A DNA stretch of 64,000 nt from Octopus vulgaris (Eukaryota). Made by a program: the position numbers and the translations under genes. The notes under the pieces were generated by a model that saw only the letters and a program-made list of their open reading frames with translations, was not told where the DNA came from and ran no database searches. The stretch is taken from positions 27,714,001-27,778,000 of the forward strand of contig OX597827.1 in NCBI GenBank assembly GCA_951406725.2, read 5' to 3'. Shown one piece after another: positions 40,985-53,576 of the stretch; the stretch's first letter is position 1, and each line of letters starts with the position of its first letter.

Positions 40985-41872
40985 ATATATATATATATAA
41001 ACATACACACACACACAAATATATACACGTATATATACGTACTTCGATATATACGTGTGTATATAGGTATATATATGTGTATGCATGTATGTATGTTCGT
41101 ATACTATCACGAGTACATATTTTTATATCTTTCGTTACGGTAAGACACAAACAGACAGACCAATTCTCGCAGCAGACAGTACACCAAAACCATTACCCAA
41201 AATATTCTAGCTTCCAAAATTGTTTCAAATTGTTGCAGACAATTAGCAATGAAACTACACTAAAACGGAATTAATATCTTACCATTCTTTAAAGTAATAA
41301 CACGAGTGCCAGCAAGCAATGTCCATTTACGACTTCTTGTTTCTGTCACGTTCCGCTTTAATAAACTCGAAGCTGTGAAACGCAGCTGCGATTGTTTGGT
41401 AAAGAAGTTCGCTTCGCAAGTGTCGGAGTTTAGATGTGATCCCACTGCATAAACTTCTTCTGTCACACTCTTGGATCAACTAATGACTTGTGACCAGGAA
41501 TTGGTAAATGGAAACCATGCAAAACACCGCTATATTTGGCTAAAAAGAGATGATGAAGCCAGGTTGAAGAGGTGATGTGTGGACATGAGGCAAACATTGG
41601 TTTCTTATGTGGTAAGCCAGGCGTACATGTCTCCAGAATTTGAAAGGTACTTTTGATCGCAATATAACCACGTTTGTCAGCTCATCCAGTAGCCGAGACC
41701 GTCCATCAGTGGGTCTGGCGGTTCGTTGTAAAGCCGTCGTGACGTAAGCACAGAATGGGGGCGCATCTCTCCTATTGATCCCTAAAAGCTACTGGTTTTC
41801 GATATGCGGAGTCTTCGATCGATTGCACTCGCACGAGCAAACTGTTTCTAAATCTTTCCTTCTCTCTCTTTC

Positions 41873-41916
<44 letters not shown>

Positions 41917-42035
41917 TATATATATATATATATCTATATATCTGTCTATCGCTATCGCTCTATCTTTCTCCACATATATATACACATACGCACACACGTA
42001 TACACACACACACACATACGCACACACACACACAT

Positions 42036-42091
<56 letters not shown>

Positions 42092-42117
42092 AAGGGAAGA
42101 AGATAGGAGAGGGAAAC

Positions 42118-42175
<58 letters not shown>

Positions 42176-42396
42176 CTGTAAATATACATATCCATTGGTT
42201 ATATTGTCGTATGATTGAGAGAGGAGTGCTCAGTACGTATTCTAGAGCGTTTGGGTTTCATCATTGAAAGTGAAAGTTGATCTCGTGACTCAAAGATCGC
42301 AGAGCGTGAAACTCGAGTTGGTTTCTGTTTCAATTATGGATATACAATATACATACATACATACATGCATGTATATATATATACATACATACATAC

Positions 42397-42513
<117 letters not shown>

Positions 42514-42779
42514 TATATATATACATATATATAGAATTTTTTCCTCCGTCTTCCCTTCCTTGGACCTTTCCTTTTGCTATGTTTCTAACGAAATGTTAAA
42601 TCCTCCTTCTTTCTTTCCTTTACTGAGCGCCAATAATACTATACTTGTTCCACGTCCTGGCGTTATTGTGTTTCCTCTTTGTGTTTTCATGTTTGGATTA
42701 ACTCCACATATATATATACATATACATATATATACATATATATAATCAAAACAAGCAACAAGTCTATATCTAGAGGTAA

Positions 42780-42865
42780 TGAAATACGATCGTTTCACGC
42801 AACTCCATTTAATTGAACAATGCAACTATTACATCAATTTAAATTTAGAGCAATCCTCAGCTGCA
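42780..42865 (-). ncRNA. Degenerate hammerhead motif with long loop II
   Basis: Minus strand: tgcag-CUGAGGA-ttgc...gcgt-GAAAC gatc GUA-tttca; palindromic stem III, eroded stem I. Confidence 0.45.
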
Positions 42866-42880
42866 CAAAGACATAGAATT

Positions 42881-42952
<72 letters not shown>

Positions 42953-43024
42953 TTTTCTTTTTCTTTATGAAGTTACAGCTCAGAGCTGTTATTGCTGGGA
43001 GCTTCCTCTAAAATGTGGCACTTA

Positions 43025-43583
43025 GTGAAGAATGGAGTTTGATGTCGCTACCCTCATTTGTACCTCTTGTCGTGAGGTAGGTTCATCTGGGACTCTCGAC
43101 AGGAAGAGGTCCAGTTTTGTTATGAAAACCTCTACATCCACTCTGTGTAGGTTCCTCAGGCTCTTTGGCAGAATATTAAAAAGCTGTGGGCTCCTGAAAA
43201 CCAGGCTGTTACAGAAACTGGTTCTGAAGTGCGAGGCATTGCTGGGATCTTTGACACAGCGCGGTGTCGACGCGTCCTGGCATTTGTGTAGCTTTTAATG
43301 CCAAAAGTTGGCCCAATTCTTTCCAGGATCTTCCAGATTATATAACTGCATACCTCTCCCGACTTCGCTACAGGGAGTAGAGTCTTTGCTCTTTCAGCCT
43401 TTCCCAATAGCTGAGCTGTTGCAATGAGACGATCTTCTTTGTGCAGCTTCGCTGGATTGCTTCAAGGTCCACTGGTAATTTTACACTGTTGGGTGACCAT
43501 AGCTGGGAGCAGTAATCCAGGCGGCTGACCACGAATGTCTTCCAGAGGATCATTATGGTTTCCTTTTCTCTGGTTCTGAACGT
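43025..43583 (-). mobile_element. CR1-like LINE 3' fragment
   Basis: MILWKTFVVSRLDYCSQLWSP...SYWERLKEQRLYSL, IIWKILE. Confidence 0.8.
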
Positions 43584-43638
43584 TCTATATATTTATGAGT
43601 AAATATGCATGTATGTCTGTATATTTAAGTATATCGAA

Positions 43639-43685
<47 letters not shown>

Positions 43686-43689
<4 letters not shown>

Positions 43690-43804
43690 CTGCTCGCTTA
43701 GCCAGCGGGGTGGCGTTATTCGAAGGCTAAAACAATGCGAATGCATTGTGACCAGCGATGTGTAACAACATCTGATGGTCTGGTCGGTCACGTGATCACG
43801 TGAG

Positions 43805-43858
<54 letters not shown>

Positions 43859-44152
43859 TGAGCGAAAACACCTAAAGCTCCACGAATCTCCGGCAGTGGG
43901 TGGTGGCGAACCCTGCTCTACTCTTTCACCACAAATTTCTTTCACTCTTTCTTCCTGTTTCTGTTGTACCTGTATTTCATAGGGGTCAACCTTGTCACGC
44001 TCTGTGTCACGCTGAATCTCCCCCGAGAACTACGTTAAGGGTACACGTGTCTGTGGCGTGCTCAGCCACTTATACGTTAATTTCAGAAGCAGCTGTTCTG
44101 TTGATCGGATCAACGGGAACCCTCGTCGGCGTAACCGACAGAGTGCCACGTT
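43686..44152 (+). mobile_element. Non-coding retroposon sharing its tail with SINE family D, with internal microsatellite
   Basis: 3' end ccctcgtcggcgtaaccgacagagtgcca matches the minus strand of 36731-36760. Confidence 0.5.
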
Positions 44153-45704
44153 AAATATATGTGTGTGTGTGTGTTTATACATATATGGACACAGATACAT
44201 ATACGTGTGTATATATATATATATATAGAAAATAGTAAAAAGTGAAAAAACTACAGAAGGCTTGTTTTAAAAGGTTAGAAAATATATATTTAAGTCAATA
44301 TGTCTGAAGAATATTATAAATTTTTTTCTTACAATGACATAGTTTAGAAGAAAGCCCGGTTTCGCGTTTAGCTTTTCAAATTTCTTATGTCGTTATGTTT
44401 ATGTTGAGCAGAGTTATCGTTATGTTTATGTTGAAGAGAGTTCTAAATAACGGGAGGTAATGAGTGATTTCTTCCGATGTAAGGGAGATAATCGCTTAAA
44501 ATTTTTTGCCTTTCCCTTGGTGTGAATGGCTAAGTCTGGGCTTGTACTTTTCAATGAAGAATGTTTCCTTGTTTAGTCTAATTTGTGTTGATGATCCGAT
44601 AGCACATTGGTAAAATGGAAAGATTAAAAATTGTGGTAGTAGTTGTTTTGCGCATTTCTCAATGTGCTCACTAAAAGGTATCATTCTGTATTCTGGCATG
44701 CAATCTATTGTCGATGCAGTGTGCATCTACATCTGAGTGATAGTCCCGTGGATCCCACGTAATCTTGGTGGCAGCCCGAGCATTTTATGACATAAATTAT
44801 GTTTTCAAAGGCACAAGTAAAGTTAGATTTGATCTTGAATTTCTGTCCCTCTTTGAAGAGGAATTCTGATCCTTCTAGCAGGTTTGGACATGTTGCACAG
44901 TTCGATCTACAACTTTTTTAACTTTTGCATCCGTAATTTCAGAAAACAATTTTGCCTTTGTGGGAATCTTTTTTAAGTGATTTAGGTTGTTTGTAGCTTT
45001 TAATGATTTGGTGTATGTTTAGAATTTCCTTTAATTTGGGGTCCTTATGAAGTATTGGTAAATTCTGGGTGATGATTCCCCCGACCCAATATCACACAAC
45101 CTCACAGACAACTCATACAAACAAAATTACACCCAACATTTTTTAGCCAGGGACCAGAGACACCAGGACTCAAGCTGGAACCTAGTAATAAGGAAAAACC
45201 GAAGATAATCAATCTTTCAACCAAACCTCTTTCTAACATTAAAATTGACATCCTCTCAAAAGGGCTCAAATTTACACCAACTCCATGCAGAGCCAACCTA
45301 AATGAAATCAAGGATAATATAACAGAATTTTGCAGAAAATTAAGACTAGCAGAAGCATCAACCAGTTTCAATACTGAAGATGAATAACTAGTCAAGAACA
45401 AAAGTGAACACATCCCACACAGAGGAAGAAATAAAGTTCTTGACGAATTCTGTAACCACATTGAGAACTTTCCCTACCATACTATACATAAACAGAAAGT
45501 TAACTCAAATTTTAACACTACACAATGGAAGGAACTGATAGAACTTCAAAATGATGAGGATATAACCATTAAGGAAGCAGACAAGGGAAATGCAGTTGTA
45601 ATAATGGATACATCATACTATAGAAATCTTGCAATTTTCTTGGTAAAATCATTAAAAGCTACAAACAACCTAAATCACTTAAAAAGATTCTCACAAAGGC
45701 AAAA

Positions 45705-46184
45705 TTGTTTTCTGAAATTACGGATGCAAAAGTTAAAAAATGTGGTAGATCGAACTGTGCAACATGTCCAAACCTGCTAGAAGGAACAGAATTCCTCTTC
45801 AAAGAGGGACAGCAATTCAAGATCAAATCTAACTTTACTTGTGCCTCTGAAAACATAATTTATGTCATAAAATGCTCCGGCTGCCACCAAGACTACATGG
45901 GATCCACGGGACTATCACTCAGACGTAGATGCACACTGCATCGACAACAGATTGCATTCCCAGAATACAGAATGATACCTTTGAGTGAGCACATTGAGAA
46001 ATGCGCAAAGCAACTACTACCACAATTTTTAATCTTTCCATTTTACCAATGTGCTATCGGATCATCAACACAAATTAGACTAAACACGGAAACATTCTTC
46101 ATTGAAAAGTACAAGCCCAGACTTAACCATTCCAATATACTGATACAGAGAAATTCACACCAAGGGAAAGGCAAAAAATTTTAA
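45705..46184 (+). pseudogene. Penelope GIY-YIG endonuclease domain with Cys-rich linker (Neptune-like)
   Basis: KCGRSNCATC...NIIYVIKCSGCHQDYMGST..LRRRCTLHR..LSEHI..RLNTETFFIEKYKPRLN. The domain is open but has no RT or real start. Confidence 0.85.
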
Positions 46185-46293
46185 GCGATTATCTCCCTTA
46201 CACCGGAAGAAATCACTCATTACCTCCCCTTATTTAGAACTCTTTTCAACATAAACATAACGATAACTCTGCTCAACATAAACATAACAACGT

Positions 46294-46332
46294 AAGAAAT
46301 TTGAAAAGTTAAACGCGAAACCGGTCTTTCTT
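46294..46332 (+). ncRNA. Minimal hammerhead motif with U3-A8 core
   Basis: aagaaa-t-UUGAAAA-g ttaaacg c-GAAAC cg GUC-tttctt; palindromic accggt stem III. The sister copy at about 44348-44386 (minus) has GGC at the cleavage site. Confidence 0.55.
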
Positions 46333-47459
46333 CTAAACTATGTCATTGTAAGAAAAAAATTTATAATATTCTTCAGACATATTGACTTAAATATATATTT
46401 TCTAACCTTTTAAAACAAGCCTTCTGTAGTTTTTTCACTATTTACTATTTTTTATATATTCAACCACGTCCTTTCACAAACCAACTTTCTGATTTATATA
46501 TATATATATATATAGATTTATATATTTAGTTTGTGCTTTAAATTCATGGTGAGGGAACCGCTTGTTTGATTAGATATGCAAATGTTAATACTTGCAGTTT
46601 TGATGTTTGTAGTTTTATTGTCTTTTAAGCAGTTTAATTAGCTTTAAACATAGCAAGGTTTATAATAATAGTTAATTACAAGTACTTTTATTAGTTGCTA
46701 TTTAATAAAATTTAAGTGTATATTAGTCGCTGGTAATTAAATATTATAACTTGTAGTGGAAATATATTAATGAGTATGAAGTGTTCTTTTATTAACTTTT
46801 GAATGATAAAATAATGTATATCACTCATAAAAATATTAGTTAAATTAATTTCAGTCTTTTTTTGTTTTGGAGAAATTTTATAAGGCTTGAACTTCCATTT
46901 TAGTAGTATCTATGGAAGACCGGTGGGATTATTATTTATATGGACTTAAAGATGGGTGGTAACTTAGCATATAATTTAGTTATTGCCGTTTACTATTAAT
47001 ATCGATACAATGGACATTGGTTTATATGTCTCTTTCTTGTAGTTCTATTAAAGTTAGTGTTTAATCCTGTCTATAAATTGATTGAATGAATTAATGTGGC
47101 ATCCAATCTTTTATTTTTATATTACATTATGGAAGACGGTAGGGATTATAATTTTTGTATGACTTAATAGAGTTGTCACTGTTTAGTTACGTATTTAGGA
47201 GTGATTGTAATTTACTTATGGAATTTATTTAGCGATAGGGTTGTACATAGGATAAATGTGTTTGAAAGTTGTGGTTTCTTTAGTTTGTTCCCGATCAACA
47301 CTAATTTTAGTGCTGTTGACACCGCCGGATTGAATGGTACTGCTCAGGTTTCGAAACCATAATGATATCCGAGGGGCAGCTGATGATGGAGGTATGTTGG
47401 CTTGTTGGTATGGCTGTGGAATAGTATTATAACACATCCTGTTGATACATACATGCATG

Positions 47460-47491
<32 letters not shown>

Positions 47492-47644
47492 CAGCATGTT
47501 CTTTGTCTATCGCCTTACCTTCTTGGAGGTTTTAGGTAAAATTATACTAATGTGTCCATCTGTTTTAATTTAATTCTATGTATTTATGTAGCTGAGGATT
47601 ACTCTGCATTTAAGTTACCTCTGGATATCCTGTTGCTTATTTTG

Positions 47645-47763
<119 letters not shown>

Positions 47764-49324
47764 TACATTTATAATACATATATAATGCAAAACGGACCCT
47801 ACAGATTGTAGTAGCCAATAAAATATTTGTCTGTGAGGCTCAGTCCTAAAGAATCGAAGGCCTGTCTGAGGACCCGTTTTTTAACCAATAAATTATTCAT
47901 TGAAACCGTTCATATTATATATAATTTTCCTCTCTCACTGCATCATTTTTTTTTCTGGTTCCCATTTTGATACACCTTACTTGAAATATTTTAGCACTAA
48001 CTTAAAGTATCAAGAATGACGTATTTTATTTATTTATATAAATGTCCAAAATTACAGCAAGTAATAAAAATCTTTACAGAAGAGAATAGAATATAAAAGA
48101 ACAAAGAGAATGGAATAAACCAGAATACAATGGGATAAACCAGAATACAATAGAATGCAATATAAACAAATATCTTAATATTTTCCTTTGCTGTCGTGTG
48201 TGATACGTAAACAGAAATACCACTTGACAAAGCTTGAATATTAAATTGTAGAATATAAAATAGATGACACAGATAATCAATATGTCTTCAAAAAGAAAGT
48301 CGGAAAATAACAAAATATAGAATTCTCAATATATATCTACAATTTTCAATGAATGCAATTGAACTCAAAGCATTTTCAGATCGTTCGCTCATTCAACGTG
48401 GTTACAAAACAACGCAAGAAATCTATTACTAAAATTGACTTCTGTTGTCTTTGGAAACCCAAAATCTTAATCTTCGAGACTTTATTTATAAAGAAATACA
48501 TCTTTTTGTAGATATGAAAGGAAAAGACAAATGTGTATATGTTCATGTGTGCATAGGTGTATGTATATATATATATATATGCACACACACACACAAATAT
48601 ATACGTATATGTACATATGTATATGTGTGTGTGTGTATGTGTGTGTGTGTGTGTGTGTGCGTGTGCGTGCGGGTGTGTAGATTCTTTCGATTATTTCATC
48701 AAACTGGATGTACTGCTGCTAAAAAATTTCTATCATGGTTCTAACTAAATATCTGGGGATAAACCATAAAAGTACATACATACAAAGCTATACACATATA
48801 CATACATACATGCATATATATATACATACACACATACATACATACATACATACCACAAATGCATAAAAACATGCATGCATGTATATGTATATATATATAT
48901 ATATACAAACTGAGATAGGAGTTGTAAATGCAACCCTCTATGGGATAACGTATATCCAATATACTGCTAGTGAAGTACCCAACAAAGTTAATACATAAAT
49001 GTTAATGATTGCGATGCAATCAATTCATTTACTGTTTTATATGGGCAAAGGTAAAATGATTTACCACAAATTACTAATACAAGATAAGAAAATGGAGAAA
49101 CACATCTAAATCAAATATCAATTATCAGATAATACTCAATCACATACTTTATTAAACCTCCACATAAGAGACTGTAGGGTTAAATATAAAAAGCAGAACA
49201 AATCAGTGTACATAAAGGAATGTACATAAAAAAGTGTACATAAAAGAGTAATGTTGTATAATAATTAGAATATATATAAAAAAGAATATGAATACAAGTA
49301 AATATAAATATAAGCATACATCAG

Positions 49325-49451
49325 ATCTTACAGCTGTTTCGGCCATGTCGATAATTATGTCTCATTTTACCAATATTAGCCCTTTATGGTTGGTCAATAT
49401 ATAGATATAAATGAGACATTAACAAAAATATCACAAGGCCTCTTCGGAGAT
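49325..49451 (-). ncRNA. Hammerhead motif with extended stem-loop II and a U4C core
   Basis: Minus strand: atct-CCGAAGA-ggcc-(long loop containing atgtctcattt/aaatgagacat)-ggcc-GAAAC agct GUA-agat. Confidence 0.55.
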
Positions 49452-50586
49452 TATGTAATATAACACAGTCTACACATATACCCACATGAGTGTGGGTGCG
49501 TACCCATAATACAACATATATATATACATATGAGTGTATATAATCACACTCCTATACATATAAAAAAAATATACATTTACATAATGATATAAATAAATAA
49601 TATAAATTAGTAAACATATATATGTTTTCCACACCAAATGTCTCAGTTTTTTGACTTAATATTGTGATAATAAACATACACAAATTAATATCTAGATGTA
49701 AATATACATAGTCAATAGTACTTTATATCACTTCATAATAGGTTCAAAGTGTCATTAAAGTTAGTATCATTATCGTTGTCAATACAATTAATGTTATCAT
49801 TGTTATCATTCATAATATTATTAATAACTCTTACATTATGATCCAGAGCAGAATATATGTATGTCCGTGATCCAGTTAATAATTTTCCTTATGGCATAAA
49901 TATACTATTGGATTTGAATTTAAAATTATCATTATTTTCCTCACGGTTGGTCAATTGAGAACCGCCCGACCTCCACCACACCGTACAAGCAAAACATACA
50001 CATCCACATCTAACCCTAAACCCATAAATCCACACAGAGACTCACACACACATGTACACACACATGAATACACCCCGACACCTCTCTACAATAAATTGGA
50101 GAGTGCATGTCTGTCATCGTATTGCTTATAGACATATCAGTACAGGCAGCAGTGTCTAACACTAACACACACACTCACACGCACATCCGCATATACGCAT
50201 AAATATTAATACACTTTCCTATACTGTGTCAGGGAACTTTCGCACACACATATATATATATGTTTTTTTAAATATATATCTGCGCACTCATACGTACAAG
50301 TAGAACCCATATTTATATCTACCCATGAATGAATATTCGCATATACATATATACACATCCAAACACGCATCTGCGTGCTTATATGTGTAATAAAAACATA
50401 CATCCGTACATCCACCCACGATCATACCTATATGTACAAAAACATATATACTTATACATACACATTTTCACACACCTACAGAGGTTACTATTAATTTAGA
50501 ATAAGTTTATTAATTATAAGTTAAATTAATAATAGATTAGTAAGTGCCAAATAAACAAAAATAAATAATTAAATAAATAAATATGA

Positions 50587-50649
<63 letters not shown>

Positions 50650-50927
50650 TATGGCCTCGTTCCTACATTCTTGGCTTATTTTGCTATCACTGTTTTCGTG
50701 GTGGAAAATCTTCCATCTTATTCTGTGAATTATGTACACTGATTTGTTCTGCCTTTTATATTTAACCCTACAGTCTCTTATGAGGTGGTTTAATAAAGTA
50801 TGTGCTTGAGTATTATCTGGTTATTGATATTTGATTTAGATGTGTTTCTCCATTTTCTTATCTTGTATATATATATATATATACACATATACATATACAT
50901 ACATACATACATACATACATACATACA

Positions 50928-50998
<71 letters not shown>

Positions 50999-51560
50999 AG
51001 AATTCACGAAAAATCAAATGACGAAGACAGGTGGTATAGAAAACAAACAGATGTATTAGTATAAGATATATATATATATATATTTCTTTACGTATGTATT
51101 TATATTTATATCGAAAACACGACTATATTCTGGTTGCATCTTTTCTATCAGAGATTATTTTCCTTCGTTTTTGCACGCCAGCACCTTATTGTTCGCTTCG
51201 AAGAATAAAACACCCACATTTTTCATTATCGACATTTCCTGTCTTCAGGAACTTTATTGTTCCAAACGATTAGCAGTTCTAATATAAAGACACGAAAACA
51301 AAAATAGAGTTGATAAAAAGAAATATCAAATATAATCATAGTCGTGTTTTTTCTATCATATTTAAAACAAAATCTGCTTCATATACACCCTCCTACCCTC
51401 ACGCATATACCTGCATACACACACACACATACACACATACAGCATATATACTTCATTTTTGTATCTAGTTTGCAAGATTCTTTATGTGAATGCATGCATT
51501 GAAACAAAGTTTGTTGTGTTTAGGGAGAGTTATTATACCATTATTATTAACACACGTACT

Positions 51561-51965
51561 AAAGCGGCGAGCTGGCAGAAACGTTAGCACGCCGGGCGAA
51601 ATGCTTAGCGGTATTAAGTCTGCCGTTACGTTCTGAGTTCAAATTCCGCTGAGGTCGACTTTGCCGTTCATCCTTTCGGGGTCGATAAATTAAGTACCAG
51701 TTACGCACTGGGGTCGATATAATCGACTTCATCCGTTTGTCTATCCTTGCTTGTCCCCTCTATGTTTAGCCCATTGTGGACAATAAAGAAATAAGAAACG
51801 TTAGCACGCCGGGTGAAATGGTTAGAGATATTAAGTCTGTCTTTAGGTTATGAGTTCAAATTTCGGAAACGATAAATTAAGTGCCATTTTTTTACTGGGG
51901 TAGATCTAATTGACTGGCCTTCTCCCCAAAAGTTTCGGGGCTTGTGCCTAGAGTAGAAAAGATTA
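51561..51965 (+). mobile_element. Dimeric SINE family B; first monomer ends in a Tx1-like tail
   Basis: Monomer 1 is 51561-51794 ending ...tgtggacaataaagaaa; monomer 2 is 51795-51965 ending cttgtgcctagagtagaaaag. Confidence 0.85.
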
Positions 51966-52153
51966 TCATCACACACTCTAGTTTAATTCCAGTCCTTTAT
52001 TGTAAATCAACTAATTAAATATCCAACTAACTAATTGATTAGTCTGTTGCATTTTTAATTAATTGACTAACAACAAGGGAATGTAATTGAAACTGCGATT
52101 GTTAATAATATTGCCATAATGATACTCCCTAGACACAATACATATACACACGC

Positions 52154-52239
<86 letters not shown>

Positions 52240-53030
52240 ATAATATAATATATAACATATAATATATATATATATATACATATGTATTTGTATATACATA
52301 TTATATATGTATATGTATCTGCATACATATATAATTATTGCAGCTCACAGCTCTCAGCTGGTTCGAATTTCACGCTCCCGAGCTTCAGACTACATACAAA
52401 TTACTGTTATAATTATAAAGCCCTCTCGCTCCTTGGCATTGTGTGCAGTTCTGAGCTTCTCGCTTGTATCTAGGTTAACTATAAACATACACATACAAAC
52501 ACGCACAAACACACTCATACATGTTACTGGCGCTCTAGCAAGGCTTTGATTTAACGCTCCACAAACCACCGAATACATCTATAGATTTATGGTAAGACAG
52601 TGTCAGAGGCAAATTTTAATACCTTGATGTTGTTGAGACATAAAGGGGTATCAGCTGAACTATTTTCAGTCTTTTGCTTGAATTTCGTTGGCAACAACTG
52701 ACTACCCTCTGTAGCCACCCAATTCTGTAGATATTTATCTAATGTTTTGTTTAAGAAACAAATGTAAGCTTCTTGCTTTATACACATGATATTCATGGTG
52801 AAGAAAGACAGCGCTCAATCAGATTTATTTCAATTTTGTTTTACGATTACATCAATAAGATCACAAAGTTTTTATATATGAAAAAGACGTGTCTACATCC
52901 ATGCAGTCCCTGACTACAATTTATAGGTATATTTAGGCATTTATTGAAAGTATCATTCCATTTTTTGTTAAAAAACAGCAAAGTTGTAATTAGACGAAGT
53001 TTTTGTTGCTAATATTTCTAATATGACATC

Positions 53031-53245
53031 AAGGGAGCGAGCTGGAAGAATCGTCAGCACTCCCGGCAAGCTGCTTGAAGGAATGTCGTCCTTCTTTACG
53101 ATCCGAGTTCCAATTCTGTCGAGATCGACTGTACCTTTTATACTTTTGGGGTCAATAAAATAAGTACTACTTGAGCACTTGGGTTGATGTAATCGACTTA
53201 TTCCCTCACCGGATATTGCTGTCCCTATACAAAAATTTGAGACTA
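53031..53245 (+). mobile_element. SINE family B, decayed
   Basis: gagcgagctggaagaatcgtcagcac...ggggtcaataaaataagtac. Confidence 0.65.
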
Positions 53246-53576
53246 ATATATCTAGTAAGTTTGACCGATGACGTATAGTCTCAAACTGACTCGATACCTT
53301 CCTTTTAAAAGAGATTAAAAAGTAATTTGCATGTTAATATCTACACTTGAAATAGCCTTAGAATTAAAATATTAGTGCTGATACTATTTATGATGTGTAG
53401 AGAAGAATGGAATGACAGAGAAACTTGTATGTTAAAAGCAGAAGGCTTCACAAAGAACTTCGGTGGATCATTAGAAACAGTATTTCGATTGATTTATTCT
53501 CCTCAATATCAAATATCCCGGACCTTCTAAGCTAAGCCCAAAATATTTGTTCTGATATAGAAATCCACAGCCAAAG

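Larger units (their letters stand above)
44227..46493. mobile_element. Inverted pair of Penelope-like copies (minus arm 44227-45076, plus arm 45077-46493 with RT deleted)
   Basis: Both arms are closely related to 1813-4890 and both outer ends are element 3' ends; flanked by (TA)n. Confidence 0.9.

Noticed and set aside
41540-41850. Old Tx1-like fragment on the minus strand (similar hint at 63330-63640)
   Set aside because: Only scattered residue matches, too weak without a profile search.
52587-52796. Non-repetitive short ORFs (also 60886..61098 and 47225..47497)
   Set aside because: They are short, have no recognisable motif and have no splice support.
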